In this document: positions 6,620-16,173 of the stretch, piece after piece | Position numbering within the stretch: the stretch's first letter is position 1 | Layout: every line of letters starts with the position of its first letter | Source of the DNA: Limisphaerales bacterium | GTDB taxonomy: Bacteria; Verrucomicrobiota; Verrucomicrobiia; Limisphaerales; SIBE01 | Reading direction: 5' to 3' | DNA length: 20,000 nucleotides | Assembly (NCBI GenBank): GCA_044225505.1 | Contig: JBGAIN010000017.1 | Location: forward strand, 61,741 to 81,740 | Notes under the pieces: model-generated | Databases searched by the model: none | What the model saw: the letters and a program-made list of their open reading frames with translations, nothing else | What the model was told of the DNA's origin: nothing | Made by a program: the position numbers and the translations under genes

Positions 6620-8998
6620 ATGAGAATCGCGTGGTATTCGGTTGGGGCAGCGCTCGGATTGACCTTGGCTGTCCATTGTTCCGCAGGCCCGCAAATTTAC
6701 GGAGAAGTGGAACTGCTGAGGGATAACTGGGGAGTTCCGCATGTCTTTTCAGACACCGATGACGGAGCCATGTATGGCCTCGGCCATGTCACAGCGCAGG
6801 AACGCGGTTTCCAGATGACTTACGGCTTGCGCATCATGCAGGGGCGGCTTTCCGAAACCATAGGCGTTCGACCGAAAACTGGCCGAAAAGAAACGACTCT
6901 GGACAGCGACCGCAAAATGCGCACGTTTGGCTGGACCCGAGCTGCTCAGCGCATCGCTGCCAACCTCGACCCCCACACCGTTCAACTGCTTGAGGCTTAC
7001 TGCAACGGAGTGAACGACAGTTTTGCTGCGCAGCAGAAGGCCGGGACGTTGCATCCGCTGTTCAAGACCCTGGCGGTCGCGCCTGAGAAATGGACTCCAG
7101 CGGACTGTCTTCTCAGCTGGTGGCACGTAGCCCAGTATTTTGCCGGCGACGGCACTCGTGATCTCCTGGTATGGCACAATCGAACGCACCCACGGCCTGA
7201 CCAGCCACAACCGCCGGAGCCAAACGTCCGTTGGATGGACGATGCTGCCGCCGTCATTCAGCCTGAGGACGTCAATCAGGAATGGCTAAGCGAAGTGAAT
7301 GAGTTCTGCGCGAAGCACGGTTTCAGCGCCGGTAGTGCAGATCCTAGCTCCAACCCGACGCCAAAGTTCAGCCATGCCTGGGTGGTTGGAGGAAGGAAAA
7401 CCACGACAGGCTCGGCCGTCCTGGTGAGTGACCCCCAAACTCCGGTGCGCGATCCCTCTCTTTGGATGGAGTTTCATGTCAGAGGAAAGACTTTTGATGC
7501 GCGCGGAATTGGGATGCCTGGAAGCCCAGGTCTGTTGATCGGGTTCAATCAGCGTGTGGCTTGGGGCCTCACTGCTCTAGGCGCGGACCAAGCCGACCTG
7601 TTCCGGTTGGAGACTGCGACCGATCACCCCGACGAATACCGTTGGAACGATAAATGGCGCAAAATGGAGGTCCGGACCGAGAAGATCGAGGTCAAAGGAG
7701 GCTCGGCGGTGACATTGACGATTCGCGAAACGCATTTGGGCCCGGTCGTTTCTGAGTTTTCCTTCCGACAGGCTGGTGACCCGGAAGTCGCACTCAAGAG
7801 GGTACCTATTTGCGAGACGAACCGCGACACCATTCAGGGTGTTTTGGCGATGATGCGTGCGCAAGATGCGAAGACATTCCAGAAGGCCCTGGCTCATTGG
7901 CAATTCCCTTCAGCCAATTGCGTTTATGGGGATGCGGAGGGGCGAATTGGGTTTGCCGTTCTTGGAGCGATTCCAATACGCCCGCCGTCGGCCGGTGCAG
8001 TTGCTGGAAATGAGGCACTTCCTGGAACGAACGACCGAGATGAATGGCAGGGATTCGTTCCGGCTACGCTTCTTCCGCAGGTCCAGGATCCCGGCCGGAG
8101 TTTCCTCCTGAGTGCCAATCATCGACCGGTCGGCTCATTCTACCGGATACCGCTGGGGATCAGCACCGGCTCGATGGGTGATACCATGAGATCCTGGCGG
8201 TTGCGCGAACGCCTGAGCGCGAAGGAACGCTTCAGTCCGGCGGAGGTTCTGGACATCCACGATGATACGGTGAATCCAGCTCGACGGGATATCGTCCGCT
8301 TGGGACTGCATCTTCGTCAAACTCAGCAGGACGCGTTGTCGGCCGATTCACTCCAAGCGCTGGCAGCCCTGGAAAAATGGTTGGCGTCGAGCGCGAGTAG
8401 TGATCTCAGATCCGAAAACGCTGCCTTAGCCACAAAACTCAGCACGTTCTTTCGCTTTGTGGTGACCCCTTTAGCCCGGACGTACGGGGGCGGTGAGTCG
8501 GGGCTAGCCCGTTTCCTCAAGGACGCCGATGCGCGCATCCGCAAAGACCCAACTGTCAAATTCGATCTAGAAGAATGCCGATTTGTCGACCGAGTGCTTT
8601 CGGAAGCATGGAAGGCGGAGAGTGGCAACGAAAGGGAGAGAAACGCGCGCGCTCAGGGAACTCGAACCGGAACCCAAAGCCCCCCACTGAGTTGGTTTGA
8701 CAGCCTCGATGGCTTTGGCTCGTTGGACGCTGCGCAGGACCTGGCTACCCCTGGCATTACATGTCTGGACGGCCAAACTATTCACTGTCAATCGGCCCAA
8801 TCCTACACTCAATGGGTCCCGCTGCACGACGTTGACTCCGCGCAAACGATTTGCCCGATCGGTCATAGCGACCGGCCAGACAGTCGCTATCGCGCTATTA
8901 CGATCAAACTCTGGGGAGAAGCCAAGTTGCATCCTGCACCCCTGAGCCGTGAGGCCGTGGAACGTATTGCCATCGAGCGCAAGAAACTCCTGCCCTAA
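6620..8998 (+). CDS. Penicillin acylase family protein (Ntn hydrolase, peptidase S45), exported
   Basis: Likely start ATG 6620 with a signal peptide. Motifs: VELLRDNWGVPHVF, YGLGHVTAQERGFQM, LLEAYCNGVN, EKWTPAD, beta-subunit start SHAWVV (Ser codon 7370), IGFNQRVAWGLT, RETHLGP, NCVYGDAEGRIG, SANHRP and GHSDRPDSRY. Confidence 0.92.
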   Translation: MRIAWYSVGAALGLTLAVHCSAGPQIYGEVELLRDNWGVPHVFSDTDDGAMYGLGHVTAQERGFQMTYGLRIMQGRLSETIGVRPKTGRKETTLDSDRKMRTFGWTRAAQRIAANLDPHTVQLLEAYCNGVNDSFAAQQKAGTLHPLFKTLAVAPEKWTPADCLLSWWHVAQYFAGDGTRDLLVWHNRTHPRPDQPQPPEPNVRWMDDAAAVIQPEDVNQEWLSEVNEFCAKHGFSAGSADPSSNPTPKFSHAWVVGGRKTTTGSAVLVSDPQTPVRDPSLWMEFHVRGKTFDARGIGMPGSPGLLIGFNQRVAWGLTALGADQADLFRLETATDHPDEYRWNDKWRKMEVRTEKIEVKGGSAVTLTIRETHLGPVVSEFSFRQAGDPEVALKRVPICETNRDTIQGVLAMMRAQDAKTFQKALAHWQFPSANCVYGDAEGRIGFAVLGAIPIRPPSAGAVAGNEALPGTNDRDEWQGFVPATLLPQVQDPGRSFLLSANHRPVGSFYRIPLGISTGSMGDTMRSWRLRERLSAKERFSPAEVLDIHDDTVNPARRDIVRLGLHLRQTQQDALSADSLQALAALEKWLASSASSDLRSENAALATKLSTFFRFVVTPLARTYGGGESGLARFLKDADARIRKDPTVKFDLEECRFVDRVLSEAWKAESGNERERNARAQGTRTGTQSPPLSWFDSLDGFGSLDAAQDLATPGITCLDGQTIHCQSAQSYTQWVPLHDVDSAQTICPIGHSDRPDSRYRAITIKLWGEAKLHPAPLSREAVERIAIERKKLLP

Positions 8999-9023
8999 TC
9001 TAGGTTCCCATCCCACGGACTAA

Positions 9024-9210
9024 TTCTTTTCAGCTAAAAGCTGCCGAGTAGAGTGGGGACGCGAGCATGGTTAGGCCAAGATTCGGCACGGCGGGTCTTC
9101 CTCTTTTGGCCCCGAAGCACCTTGGGGCTTTGTTCATTCTGCTCTGGCTCCTGACTCTCGGGTTGTTGGGAATCTGCACATGGAACGATGAAAAACCACG
9201 ATGGCGCTGA
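9024..9210 (+). pseudogene. Decayed small membrane-protein gene remnant
   Basis: Two frames give FFSAKSCRVEWG and ...LPLLAPKHLGALFILLWLLTLGLLGICTWNDEKPRWR*. These resemble, from recall, a widespread small hypothetical membrane protein of the form WFPAKxYGxGWG...ICxxKGExPRWRWG. There is an internal stop and a frameshift, and no start. Confidence 0.4.
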
Positions 9211-9395
9211 GTTGACGCACCGGATGAAAACGACGAGGCCTGAGCGACGCAGCGCAGCCGTTCCGGGATGCGAATTGCAGAGCGTCGGTCGATTTGCGCG
9301 ACGGCTTGACTGCCAGCAAGCGCTGGAGAATTGAAGACGGAAACCCGTCAATTCCTGCGAGCGAGAAGAACAAGGCTTTGACAAGGAGGTCGCGC

Positions 9396-10526
9396 TTATC
9401 GCCAGGGAGTTCCTTGGATCCGCGCTCCGCGATACTCGATGTAACCGCTGGGGGTGTGCTGTTGGAAACCGATCGAGCCCTGGTCGGGCGGCTTCAATTG
9501 GTCGGTTTGGCTGACCTTTTCACCGTTGACCAAAACCATGGCATTGGGTCCGTCCCCAAAGATCTGGAGGAGGAACCATTCATTATCATGGCTGGCGAGA
9601 TGGTCCGCAGGCGCAATATCATAAAGGCTCCCAGTAGGATTCGTACTATCAGGACAATTGAAACACTGCACTTCGATCCCGGCGCTCTGGCCCACCGCGT
9701 TGAAAGTAACGCCGCCGTTTCCATTCAAGCGGGTCTTGACCCAAACCTGCAATTCGAAGGGATTCTTGAAGCTCGCCTTGGTAAAGGCATATCCGGTTTG
9801 GCCTTCGCCAATCAGCGTATCCTCTCGGATCGCCCAATGCGAGTCACCAAGGAAGCGCATCGCATTCAGGCCGCCCGAGAATAAAGAGGTCCACTGTTCC
9901 CGTCCGGGCAACGATTTGACTTCAATGTTTCGAAAGTAAGCGCGACAGCCAATGTTCTCGAGGCCAATAAAGCCGCTCTTGAGGCGGTAACGAAGGAGAG
10001 GGTTGGCGGCCATATCCAAATCCTGGATTTTGACGCCGTTGAGGGTTACCTCCAGACGCGGCCAGTCGCACACGATCTGCAACGCGTTCCATTTCCCGGG
10101 GCCCAAGTTGGCCAGGGCATTCGGTGGCGCGACGTCGTAGATTGCGCCAGGGGAACGGGCTTTGTAATCGAGTCGATCGTGCCGCAGGTGAACCTTAAAT
10201 CCAAGTTGGGATGCCGGTCCATTCGTCGGAGCATGGATCAAGATTCCACCTTCGTACCAGTCGAGCGCCTGGTACTCGAGGCGCAGGATGAAGTTTTCGT
10301 AGGGCTTGTCCGTTCGGAGCCAGGAGGGATACGGCGATGCGCCAGTCGAGAGGATTGCGCCTTTTTCGACTCGGAAGGCGTCCGACGTCCCCACCGGAAC
10401 CCATCCGTCCAGATCCTTACCGTTGAACAGGGAGACAAAAGCATCCTCAGCCGATGCCACGCAGACCGCAAAGCCACAAACGCAAAGCACGACGATAAAC
10501 ACGGAACGCCAGAGATCCTTCCTCAT
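9396..10526 (-). CDS. Secreted tandem-DUF1080 (3-keto-disaccharide hydrolase-like) protein
   Basis: Likely start ATG 10526 (MRKDLWRSVFIVVLCVCGFAVCVASA, signal peptide); the track's extension to 10922 is spurious. Two DUF1080 repeats: FVSLFNGKDLDGW...GKWN...VTLNG...GFIGLE...YFRNIEVK and WTSLF...NGGV...EVQ...TGSLY...EWF...VNG...GSIGFQQH. Confidence 0.88.
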   Translation of the reverse strand: MRKDLWRSVFIVVLCVCGFAVCVASAEDAFVSLFNGKDLDGWVPVGTSDAFRVEKGAILSTGASPYPSWLRTDKPYENFILRLEYQALDWYEGGILIHAPTNGPASQLGFKVHLRHDRLDYKARSPGAIYDVAPPNALANLGPGKWNALQIVCDWPRLEVTLNGVKIQDLDMAANPLLRYRLKSGFIGLENIGCRAYFRNIEVKSLPGREQWTSLFSGGLNAMRFLGDSHWAIREDTLIGEGQTGYAFTKASFKNPFELQVWVKTRLNGNGGVTFNAVGQSAGIEVQCFNCPDSTNPTGSLYDIAPADHLASHDNEWFLLQIFGDGPNAMVLVNGEKVSQTDQLKPPDQGSIGFQQHTPSGYIEYRGARIQGTPWR

Positions 10527-10636
10527 ATCTTCGGCGACTTTAGGAACCCAACGATCACGAGTCGAGGCCTGACTCGGGCCACTGCGCCGAAACACATGGC
10601 TCGAAGCAGGGTGCAAGTTCATTCGCCACAGAGGGC

Positions 10637-10831
10637 ATGGGTGCCCACGGATCAGGCCCAGCCGTTGAACGAGGTCGGGATGGAACGATCGCGTACAACG
10701 TTGAGATCGAATCAAGCGAACCGGGAGCCCGAATCGAGGCGAATGGAATGAACGGGTTGGCGGCGGTGGGATGGGAATTCGTTGGGATGACGCCGGATGG
10801 TATTGTGATGAAACGCACGGGAACACGTTAG
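10637..10831 (+). pseudogene. Chimeric short ORF: PEGA-like N-terminal fragment fused to a DUF4177-like C-terminal fragment
   Basis: GTIAYNVEIESSEPGARIEANG resembles the start of a PEGA domain (V.I.S.P.GA.I..NG). MNGLAAVGWEFVGM...IVMKR resembles the end of DUF4177 (LN.L...GWE.V...KR). A GAATG-GAATG repeat sits at the junction (10741-10750). Confidence 0.5.
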
Positions 10832-10980
10832 GCGACGGCGCTGGGGGTCGGTGAATCTTTGCCTTTTGCGCAACTGTTCCTTGAGGACCTTCACCTCTCA
10901 CTGCAGGTATTCGAGGACGCATTGCTGATCATGGTGCAGCCAGCCCGCAGGCAAACCAGCAGCCATTGGAAGGCGTTCAC
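10829..10980 (-). pseudogene. 5' remnant of an integrase-core (rve-type) transposase gene
   Basis: Manual translation: VNAFQWLLVC(frameshift)AGWLHHDQQCVLEYLQ*EVKVLKEQLRKRQRFTDPQRRRL. This matches the N-terminus (AGW...QQ..IEYL..E..VLKEQL..R.RFTD.QRRRLA) of integrase-core-domain proteins common in PVC genomes. In-frame TGA at 10898-10900; truncated at about 10829. Confidence 0.72.
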
Positions 10981-11105
10981 CGACCTATCTTGCTCACGAG
11001 CTTGAACTCACGCCAGCACGCCCGTCCCACTCCTCGCCTGGCACTCCCACCGCTAATCTGCGAGTTTTCGAGCAGCCCAGCGTCCGGGCAAACCTAAGCG
11101 TCCGA

Positions 11106-12380
11106 TCAGGCGAGTTGCTGTTCGAACCAAGCAAAGGCGTCTTCCTGCATCTGCCTGTTGTAGCAATGAGGCACATCATAGAAGCGTCCGGTGAAGTGCG
11201 CCTTCGCGCCGGCCTTATCGAATGCCGCGGCGATCCGGTCAACGGCTTCTCGCATGCCAACGACCGGGAAGAGCTCATCGCGCGCGCATTGCAGGACCAG
11301 GAGCGAGCGGGGAGCGGTGAGGGACGCCACATCCGGCCAATCGAGATACCGATGGAGACCGGGCAGGTAGTGCACCCAGGAGTGGGTGTCGAGATGCCGG
11401 TGAATCATAGGCCGGGTTGTCGACATGAAACCAACCACGCAACTGGCTCGGATACGAGGGTCCAAGGCGCCCAAGAAAAGGGCTCGATACCCGCCCATAG
11501 AGACCCCCTGGCACCCGATCCGTTTGGGATCCACTTCCGGGCGGGTGACAAGGTAATCCACGGTTCGGATGTCGTCCCAGAACACAATGCCCGGCCAGGT
11601 AGCGCCAGCGAAGGTGAGTCCTTTAACGAGCGTCGCTTCTTTCGCGCTGCACTGGCGATTGAGCTTGCGTACGTCGTCCAAGGAATATTTCGCTCGATCC
11701 CAGCCGTGCGGCAGATCGTCGTCCAAGAGCACGCGCCGTTCCCCAAACATCAAGGCGTCAACCGTTATGACGACGTAACCGCGACGGGCCAATTCGGTGG
11801 CGGTGGGTCGTCCGCCGTAGTTATGTTCGTGGTAAACGTCCATCGCCGGATGGTTGACGCCGAGATCCATGACCTTTTCTTTCCCGAAGAGGAACATACC
11901 GCCGTGCGAATGAAGATCCACGATGGCCGGCGCGGGTTTGCTCAGGTTTTTGGGTATCAAGACGTAAGCGGGCACGCGAGTGGACGGCGTCGTGGAAAAA
12001 AGAATCCTCTCCCGAATGAAATCCCCGCAATCTATCCGATCCAGCACTTCGGACCTCGGATCGACCGGCTCAGGACGGTAGAGCAGCAGGTCAAAGACCT
12101 TTTGCCGCGCCTGGACCTCGAACTCGTGAAAGCTGGGAAAACCGCCGTTCAAAAACGAATGGGTGAATGGGTTGGCGGCGGCGATTCGCTCGACGTCCGG
12201 CAGGAGATTGCCCAAGTTCGCGCCATTCGCCGCCAAATCGCGCTGTGGATCGGGCCATAAGCCGGTTCTGGCCGAGATGTGCGATAAAACCTCACTCGCC
12301 GACAGTGCCTGGGTTATGGCCCCCAGGCCGAGGGTAGCAAAGAATCCACGGCGAGAAGAAGTAGATGCAGAGTTTTTCAT
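11106..12380 (-). CDS. Tat-exported alpha/beta hydrolase (dienelactone hydrolase / Abhydrolase_7-like esterase)
   Basis: Likely start ATG 12380 with a twin-arginine signal (SRRGFFATLGLG). Motifs: VPAYVLIP, PAIVDLHSHGG, ELARRGYVV, FGER, DYLVTRPEVDPKRIG, nucleophile elbow GVSMGG, APRSLL...DELF (Asp) and VPH (His). Confidence 0.9.
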   Translation of the reverse strand: MKNSASTSSRRGFFATLGLGAITQALSASEVLSHISARTGLWPDPQRDLAANGANLGNLLPDVERIAAANPFTHSFLNGGFPSFHEFEVQARQKVFDLLLYRPEPVDPRSEVLDRIDCGDFIRERILFSTTPSTRVPAYVLIPKNLSKPAPAIVDLHSHGGMFLFGKEKVMDLGVNHPAMDVYHEHNYGGRPTATELARRGYVVITVDALMFGERRVLLDDDLPHGWDRAKYSLDDVRKLNRQCSAKEATLVKGLTFAGATWPGIVFWDDIRTVDYLVTRPEVDPKRIGCQGVSMGGYRALFLGALDPRIRASCVVGFMSTTRPMIHRHLDTHSWVHYLPGLHRYLDWPDVASLTAPRSLLVLQCARDELFPVVGMREAVDRIAAAFDKAGAKAHFTGRFYDVPHCYNRQMQEDAFAWFEQQLA

Positions 12381-12529
12381 AAACGAGGTTGGCGGATCAG
12401 CATACAAACTCGGTGGGTTCTGTGAAAGTCCGTGTTCCTTCCGGGTTTCGGACGGAGCATGCCGCGAAAAGAGGATGGAAAGGCGTCTCTGCTGCAACTC
12501 GACCGCTCCTAATCGTGTATTGGAGGAGA

Positions 12530-13045
12530 ATGAAACCCGTAGCCCATTGGATTGTCATTGCCGTTACGTGTCTGGTAGCCCCCTTCGCACGCGGCGCGAA
12601 CAGTGAGGACGAAGCATTGGCCTCGCTCATCCGAGGGAACGATGCTCGGTTCTGGAAAGCCTACAACACCTGTGATCTGGAGCATTTTAGCGAGTTCTTT
12701 ACGCAAGACGTCGAGTTTTATCATGACAAAGGCGGGCCTATGCGCGGGCTCGCTAACCTGACCGCTCGAACAAAAGAGAATTTGTGCGGCGCGAGTGGCT
12801 GGCGTTTGCGACGAGAAGCCGTTCCGGGAACTGACACGGTCTTCCCGCTGCGTGATGGGAAGACGATTTACGGCGCGATCTTTTCGGGCGAACATCTTTT
12901 TTACGTCCGAGAACCGGGAAAGAATGAATACCTCGATGGCCGAGCCAACTTCGTTCATCTCTGGCTGAAAACCGATGGAGAGTTCAGGATGGCGCGCATC
13001 TTGAGCTTCAACCATCGGCCCGCGAACGAAGGCCAGGGAAAATAG
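12530..13045 (+). CDS. Secreted DUF4440 / SnoaL-like (NTF2 fold) protein
   Basis: ATG 12530 is preceded by a purine-rich GGAGGAG. Signal peptide, then D..FW.AYNTCDL...F..DVEFYHDKGG, GA...GEH.FY, A.F.HLW...RILSF.H motifs typical of this family. Confidence 0.85.
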   Translation: MKPVAHWIVIAVTCLVAPFARGANSEDEALASLIRGNDARFWKAYNTCDLEHFSEFFTQDVEFYHDKGGPMRGLANLTARTKENLCGASGWRLRREAVPGTDTVFPLRDGKTIYGAIFSGEHLFYVREPGKNEYLDGRANFVHLWLKTDGEFRMARILSFNHRPANEGQGK

Positions 13046-13171
13046 ATTTCGACCCTTCTCGGCCAAACCGCTCCAGGCGATCGTTCGAGAACAGGGCAAA
13101 GTCGTCGAAGAGATTCGGCGAGAACCGTAAACCAACACCGGCCCCAGAGCGCTTCGGTACTGCGTGCGTTT

Positions 13172-16114
13172 TTATCGGGACGGAAGGCTCGACACATCCG
13201 GATGCTGAAGAAACGCGAGCAGATCGGCAAAATCCTGCACAGTCCAGCCTTGCTCAAGCCCCTCTGGCATCAGGGACTTGCCCTCGGCGCGAACCTCTTT
13301 GATGCGCGACCGGGGCACGCTGTCGTCGGCCTGCTGCGCCCGCCGGACTGTGACTTGAGCTGGAGTCTCGCTGACAAGCAGGCCCGTCACGGTCTCGCCA
13401 TCCGTGGTCTGAATCGTGTAGCTCACGAAATCGGGCGAAACCGTTTGGCTCGGATCGAGTATATCTTCGAGCAAGGCGCGTTTCGGCCGGGTGCCCACCG
13501 CGGAGAGGTCCGGCCCCACTTGGTTTCCGTGTCCTTTGATTTGATGACAAATGAGGCAGGTCTTGGCGAAGAGACCTGCGCCCCGGTCAGTCCGGCCTTC
13601 CAAGGTCAGAGCCGGTTCAAAGCTCTGGACGACCGCGCGTCGGTCTGTCGCATCGAGCGCGCCAAAGGTGTTGCGCGCGCGCTCGCGCAAGGCAGGCGTC
13701 GACGCGTTCATGAATGCCCGACGTGAAGAGGCGTCCACCTCCAGAATCGAAATGGTGCGTTGTTCGACACTCTGGAGAAGAACCTCCGCCATGGTTGGGC
13801 ATGACAAGCTGGCGGTGACGAGGGCCTGCCGGGAATACCTGGGATAAGCAGACCATTTGTCGAATACCCTGCGGGCTAAGGTTTCATCGCACAGGTTTGC
13901 CACAGCCCGCGCGGCTGTCTCTTGGATCTCAATGGGTTCCTCAAGCGCCATCAAGCCCATCAGCACCTCGTCCACCGTGCCAGGATTAGCGCTCTCGAGA
14001 AGGCGAATCGTGGCCAGCCGCAGTTCAAGCGGGGTTGAATGAACTCTGGCCGTTTCGAGAGCCGCATGTACCAGAGGGCCCATGCTGGGGCCATTTCCCT
14101 CCGTGCCCAAGGTGAGATTGCGCCGCCTGAGACCGTCTGCAATCCCGGCAAAAAGAATTAATTCACCGGCCACTGGGGGTTGAGCGGGTTGCCTAAACCA
14201 TCCGAATACCTCCGCAAGCCCGGGTCCTGGCGGCTTGGCGCCGACGAGTTCCCCCAGTTTCCGTAAGAAATAAGCCGACTCGCCAACCGGCGCCAAAAGC
14301 CAGCGACGATCTTGCGCCACGAGGGATTGGAAAAGCGGCCACGCTTCAGACTCAATGCTGCTAAGAATGGCGCGCGATTGCCAGCGTTCGAGAAGATCGA
14401 TGCGGGCGAGCCGAGCAAACGCCGCCATCTTTTCCGCGGCCAGTGCCTTGTCTGCCTGCAACTCGCCCAGCCCCAGGGCAACCTGGAGCCGGACCCGCGG
14501 GTTGGCGTCGGAGGCCAAATCGAAAACAGCCTGCTGGAGGTCAGAATCGGAACCGATCCGGCCTTGGGCCAGGCGGACGGCTGTCTCACGAACTGGCGCT
14601 TGCTCAGAGCGAAGGGCGGCGAGGAGAGTCGCGGCATCGAGCGCTCGAAGCCCATCAAGTGTCCAGAGGACCCGCATCCGCGACAGGGCGTTCTGGTTCG
14701 TCCGTGCTTCGATACGTAAGAGAGGCACAACGCTTTCATCCTGTCGGTCCACGAGGAGGCGCTGGGCCGTATCGCTCCACCAGCCTTTGGTCCCGGTCAG
14801 GTGCTGGACGAGATCCGAACTCCTGCTTGCACCAAGGCGGGGCTGCATCGAGGTCGTGATCGCCCCCGGCGAAGAATCTCGGCGCCGGACACGCCAAATG
14901 CGGCCGTGCCCAGCGCCGTCGCGCCATGGAACTTTGGCCACGACACTCTGGTCGTGAACGTAGTGTGGGTGTTCGACGAACCGGCGGTAAAAGTCGACGA
15001 TGTAAAGGGCGCCGTCCGGACCGGTGGTGAAGTTGACGGGGTGAAACCAAGGGTCGGTCGAGACCAGGAATTCGGTTCCTGGCTCCCCGCGTTGCGCGGT
15101 AAACGTCGAGCCCCGAGGTGCCAGGATCCGGCGATGAACCAGATTGCGAAGCGACTCGCCCACGAAGGCATTGCCATGATAGGCGCGGCCGGAGGGATCC
15201 TGGCCCAGTAATTCGCCGCGATAAATCGTCAGGCCTGCCAACGCGTTGAAGTGAGTCGAGGACTCTTCATTGAAAACCAGAGGCGGCGGAGTCGCCGGGA
15301 ACACCTCTTTCGTGTCATTCAAAGGCAACAAGTCCTCGAACGATTCGGTGGGAGCGAGATACGGATTGCGATTCAGGTATCGTTCTTCAATGACCACCTG
15401 CCGAATGGGAACCGTGTTCCAGGAAAGGAACCGGTCTCCCCAATCATTGAAGGTCGTGCCGAACTGGCTCCGGCCCGCCAGGGTCTCGAATTCGCCGGTC
15501 TCAGGACGGAACCTGAAATCATGTCCGCGGAGGGAAACCGCTTGATTCGGCGGCTGGTCGGGCTTGCGGATCTCACCGTCGCTGCGTCCGTTAGCGCCAT
15601 AAACCCAGTTGTCCAATCCCCAACTCAATCCATTGACCCGGAGTTGCTGATTGCCCTCCCCAAAGCCGGTAAGAATGATGCGGCGCTCGTCGGCCTGTCC
15701 GTCTCCGTTGTTGTCCTTCAGATACCAGATGTTGGGCGCTGCCGTGACAAGTAGCCCACCGCGCCAGGGAAGGACGCTCGTGGGAAACGGGAGTCGATCT
15801 GCAAAAACGGTGGCGCGGAGTTTCCCTCCGTCCCGCGGGTTCGGCTGGAGCAGCCGGACGCGACCGCCCGCGGGCTCGAGCGGATAATCATTCATTTCAG
15901 CGACGAACATTCGGCCGTCTTCATCCCAGGCGATGGCGACAGGGCTGATGACATCCGGCTCGGCGGCGACCAATTCGGCAGTCAGAATGGTATCGGCGAA
16001 GCGAAACGAGGCGAGTTCCTGCTCCGGTGGCAGCGGACGAGGCCTCGGTTCCGCAGCCTTGCCTATGCAGGAAAGAGCGATGGCAAGCGGAACGGACCAA
16101 CACGCACTTTTCAT
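13172..16114 (-). CDS. PVC-type heme-binding CxxCH protein (putative membrane-bound dehydrogenase beta-propeller + HEAT-like repeats + c-type cytochrome domain)
   Basis: AELVAAEP..SPVAIAWDEDGRMFVAEM.DYP, DGQADE, GLSWGLDNWVY, DPWFHPVNFTTGPDGALYIVDFYR, HEAT-like middle region, CLICH (13544-13558), VGPDLS...ILDPS and SLMPEGLE. Confidence 0.92.
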   Translation of the reverse strand: MKSACWSVPLAIALSCIGKAAEPRPRPLPPEQELASFRFADTILTAELVAAEPDVISPVAIAWDEDGRMFVAEMNDYPLEPAGGRVRLLQPNPRDGGKLRATVFADRLPFPTSVLPWRGGLLVTAAPNIWYLKDNNGDGQADERRIILTGFGEGNQQLRVNGLSWGLDNWVYGANGRSDGEIRKPDQPPNQAVSLRGHDFRFRPETGEFETLAGRSQFGTTFNDWGDRFLSWNTVPIRQVVIEERYLNRNPYLAPTESFEDLLPLNDTKEVFPATPPPLVFNEESSTHFNALAGLTIYRGELLGQDPSGRAYHGNAFVGESLRNLVHRRILAPRGSTFTAQRGEPGTEFLVSTDPWFHPVNFTTGPDGALYIVDFYRRFVEHPHYVHDQSVVAKVPWRDGAGHGRIWRVRRRDSSPGAITTSMQPRLGASRSSDLVQHLTGTKGWWSDTAQRLLVDRQDESVVPLLRIEARTNQNALSRMRVLWTLDGLRALDAATLLAALRSEQAPVRETAVRLAQGRIGSDSDLQQAVFDLASDANPRVRLQVALGLGELQADKALAAEKMAAFARLARIDLLERWQSRAILSSIESEAWPLFQSLVAQDRRWLLAPVGESAYFLRKLGELVGAKPPGPGLAEVFGWFRQPAQPPVAGELILFAGIADGLRRRNLTLGTEGNGPSMGPLVHAALETARVHSTPLELRLATIRLLESANPGTVDEVLMGLMALEEPIEIQETAARAVANLCDETLARRVFDKWSAYPRYSRQALVTASLSCPTMAEVLLQSVEQRTISILEVDASSRRAFMNASTPALRERARNTFGALDATDRRAVVQSFEPALTLEGRTDRGAGLFAKTCLICHQIKGHGNQVGPDLSAVGTRPKRALLEDILDPSQTVSPDFVSYTIQTTDGETVTGLLVSETPAQVTVRRAQQADDSVPRSRIKEVRAEGKSLMPEGLEQGWTVQDFADLLAFLQHPDVSSLPSR

Positions 16115-16173
16115 AAAGAAGATCAGGTCCTGATGATTGCGGACGACCCTAAGACACCGAAGTTAGCAAGGCA

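Noticed and set aside
10527..10922. N-terminal 132-aa extension of the DUF1080 ORF given in the track
   Set aside because: It is low-complexity Pro/Arg/Ser sequence ahead of a clear signal peptide and overlaps other gene remnants. The real start is more likely 10526.
11115..12260. 381-aa ORF antisense to the alpha/beta hydrolase
   Set aside because: It is a shadow of a well-supported gene in GC-rich DNA, with no recognisable motifs.
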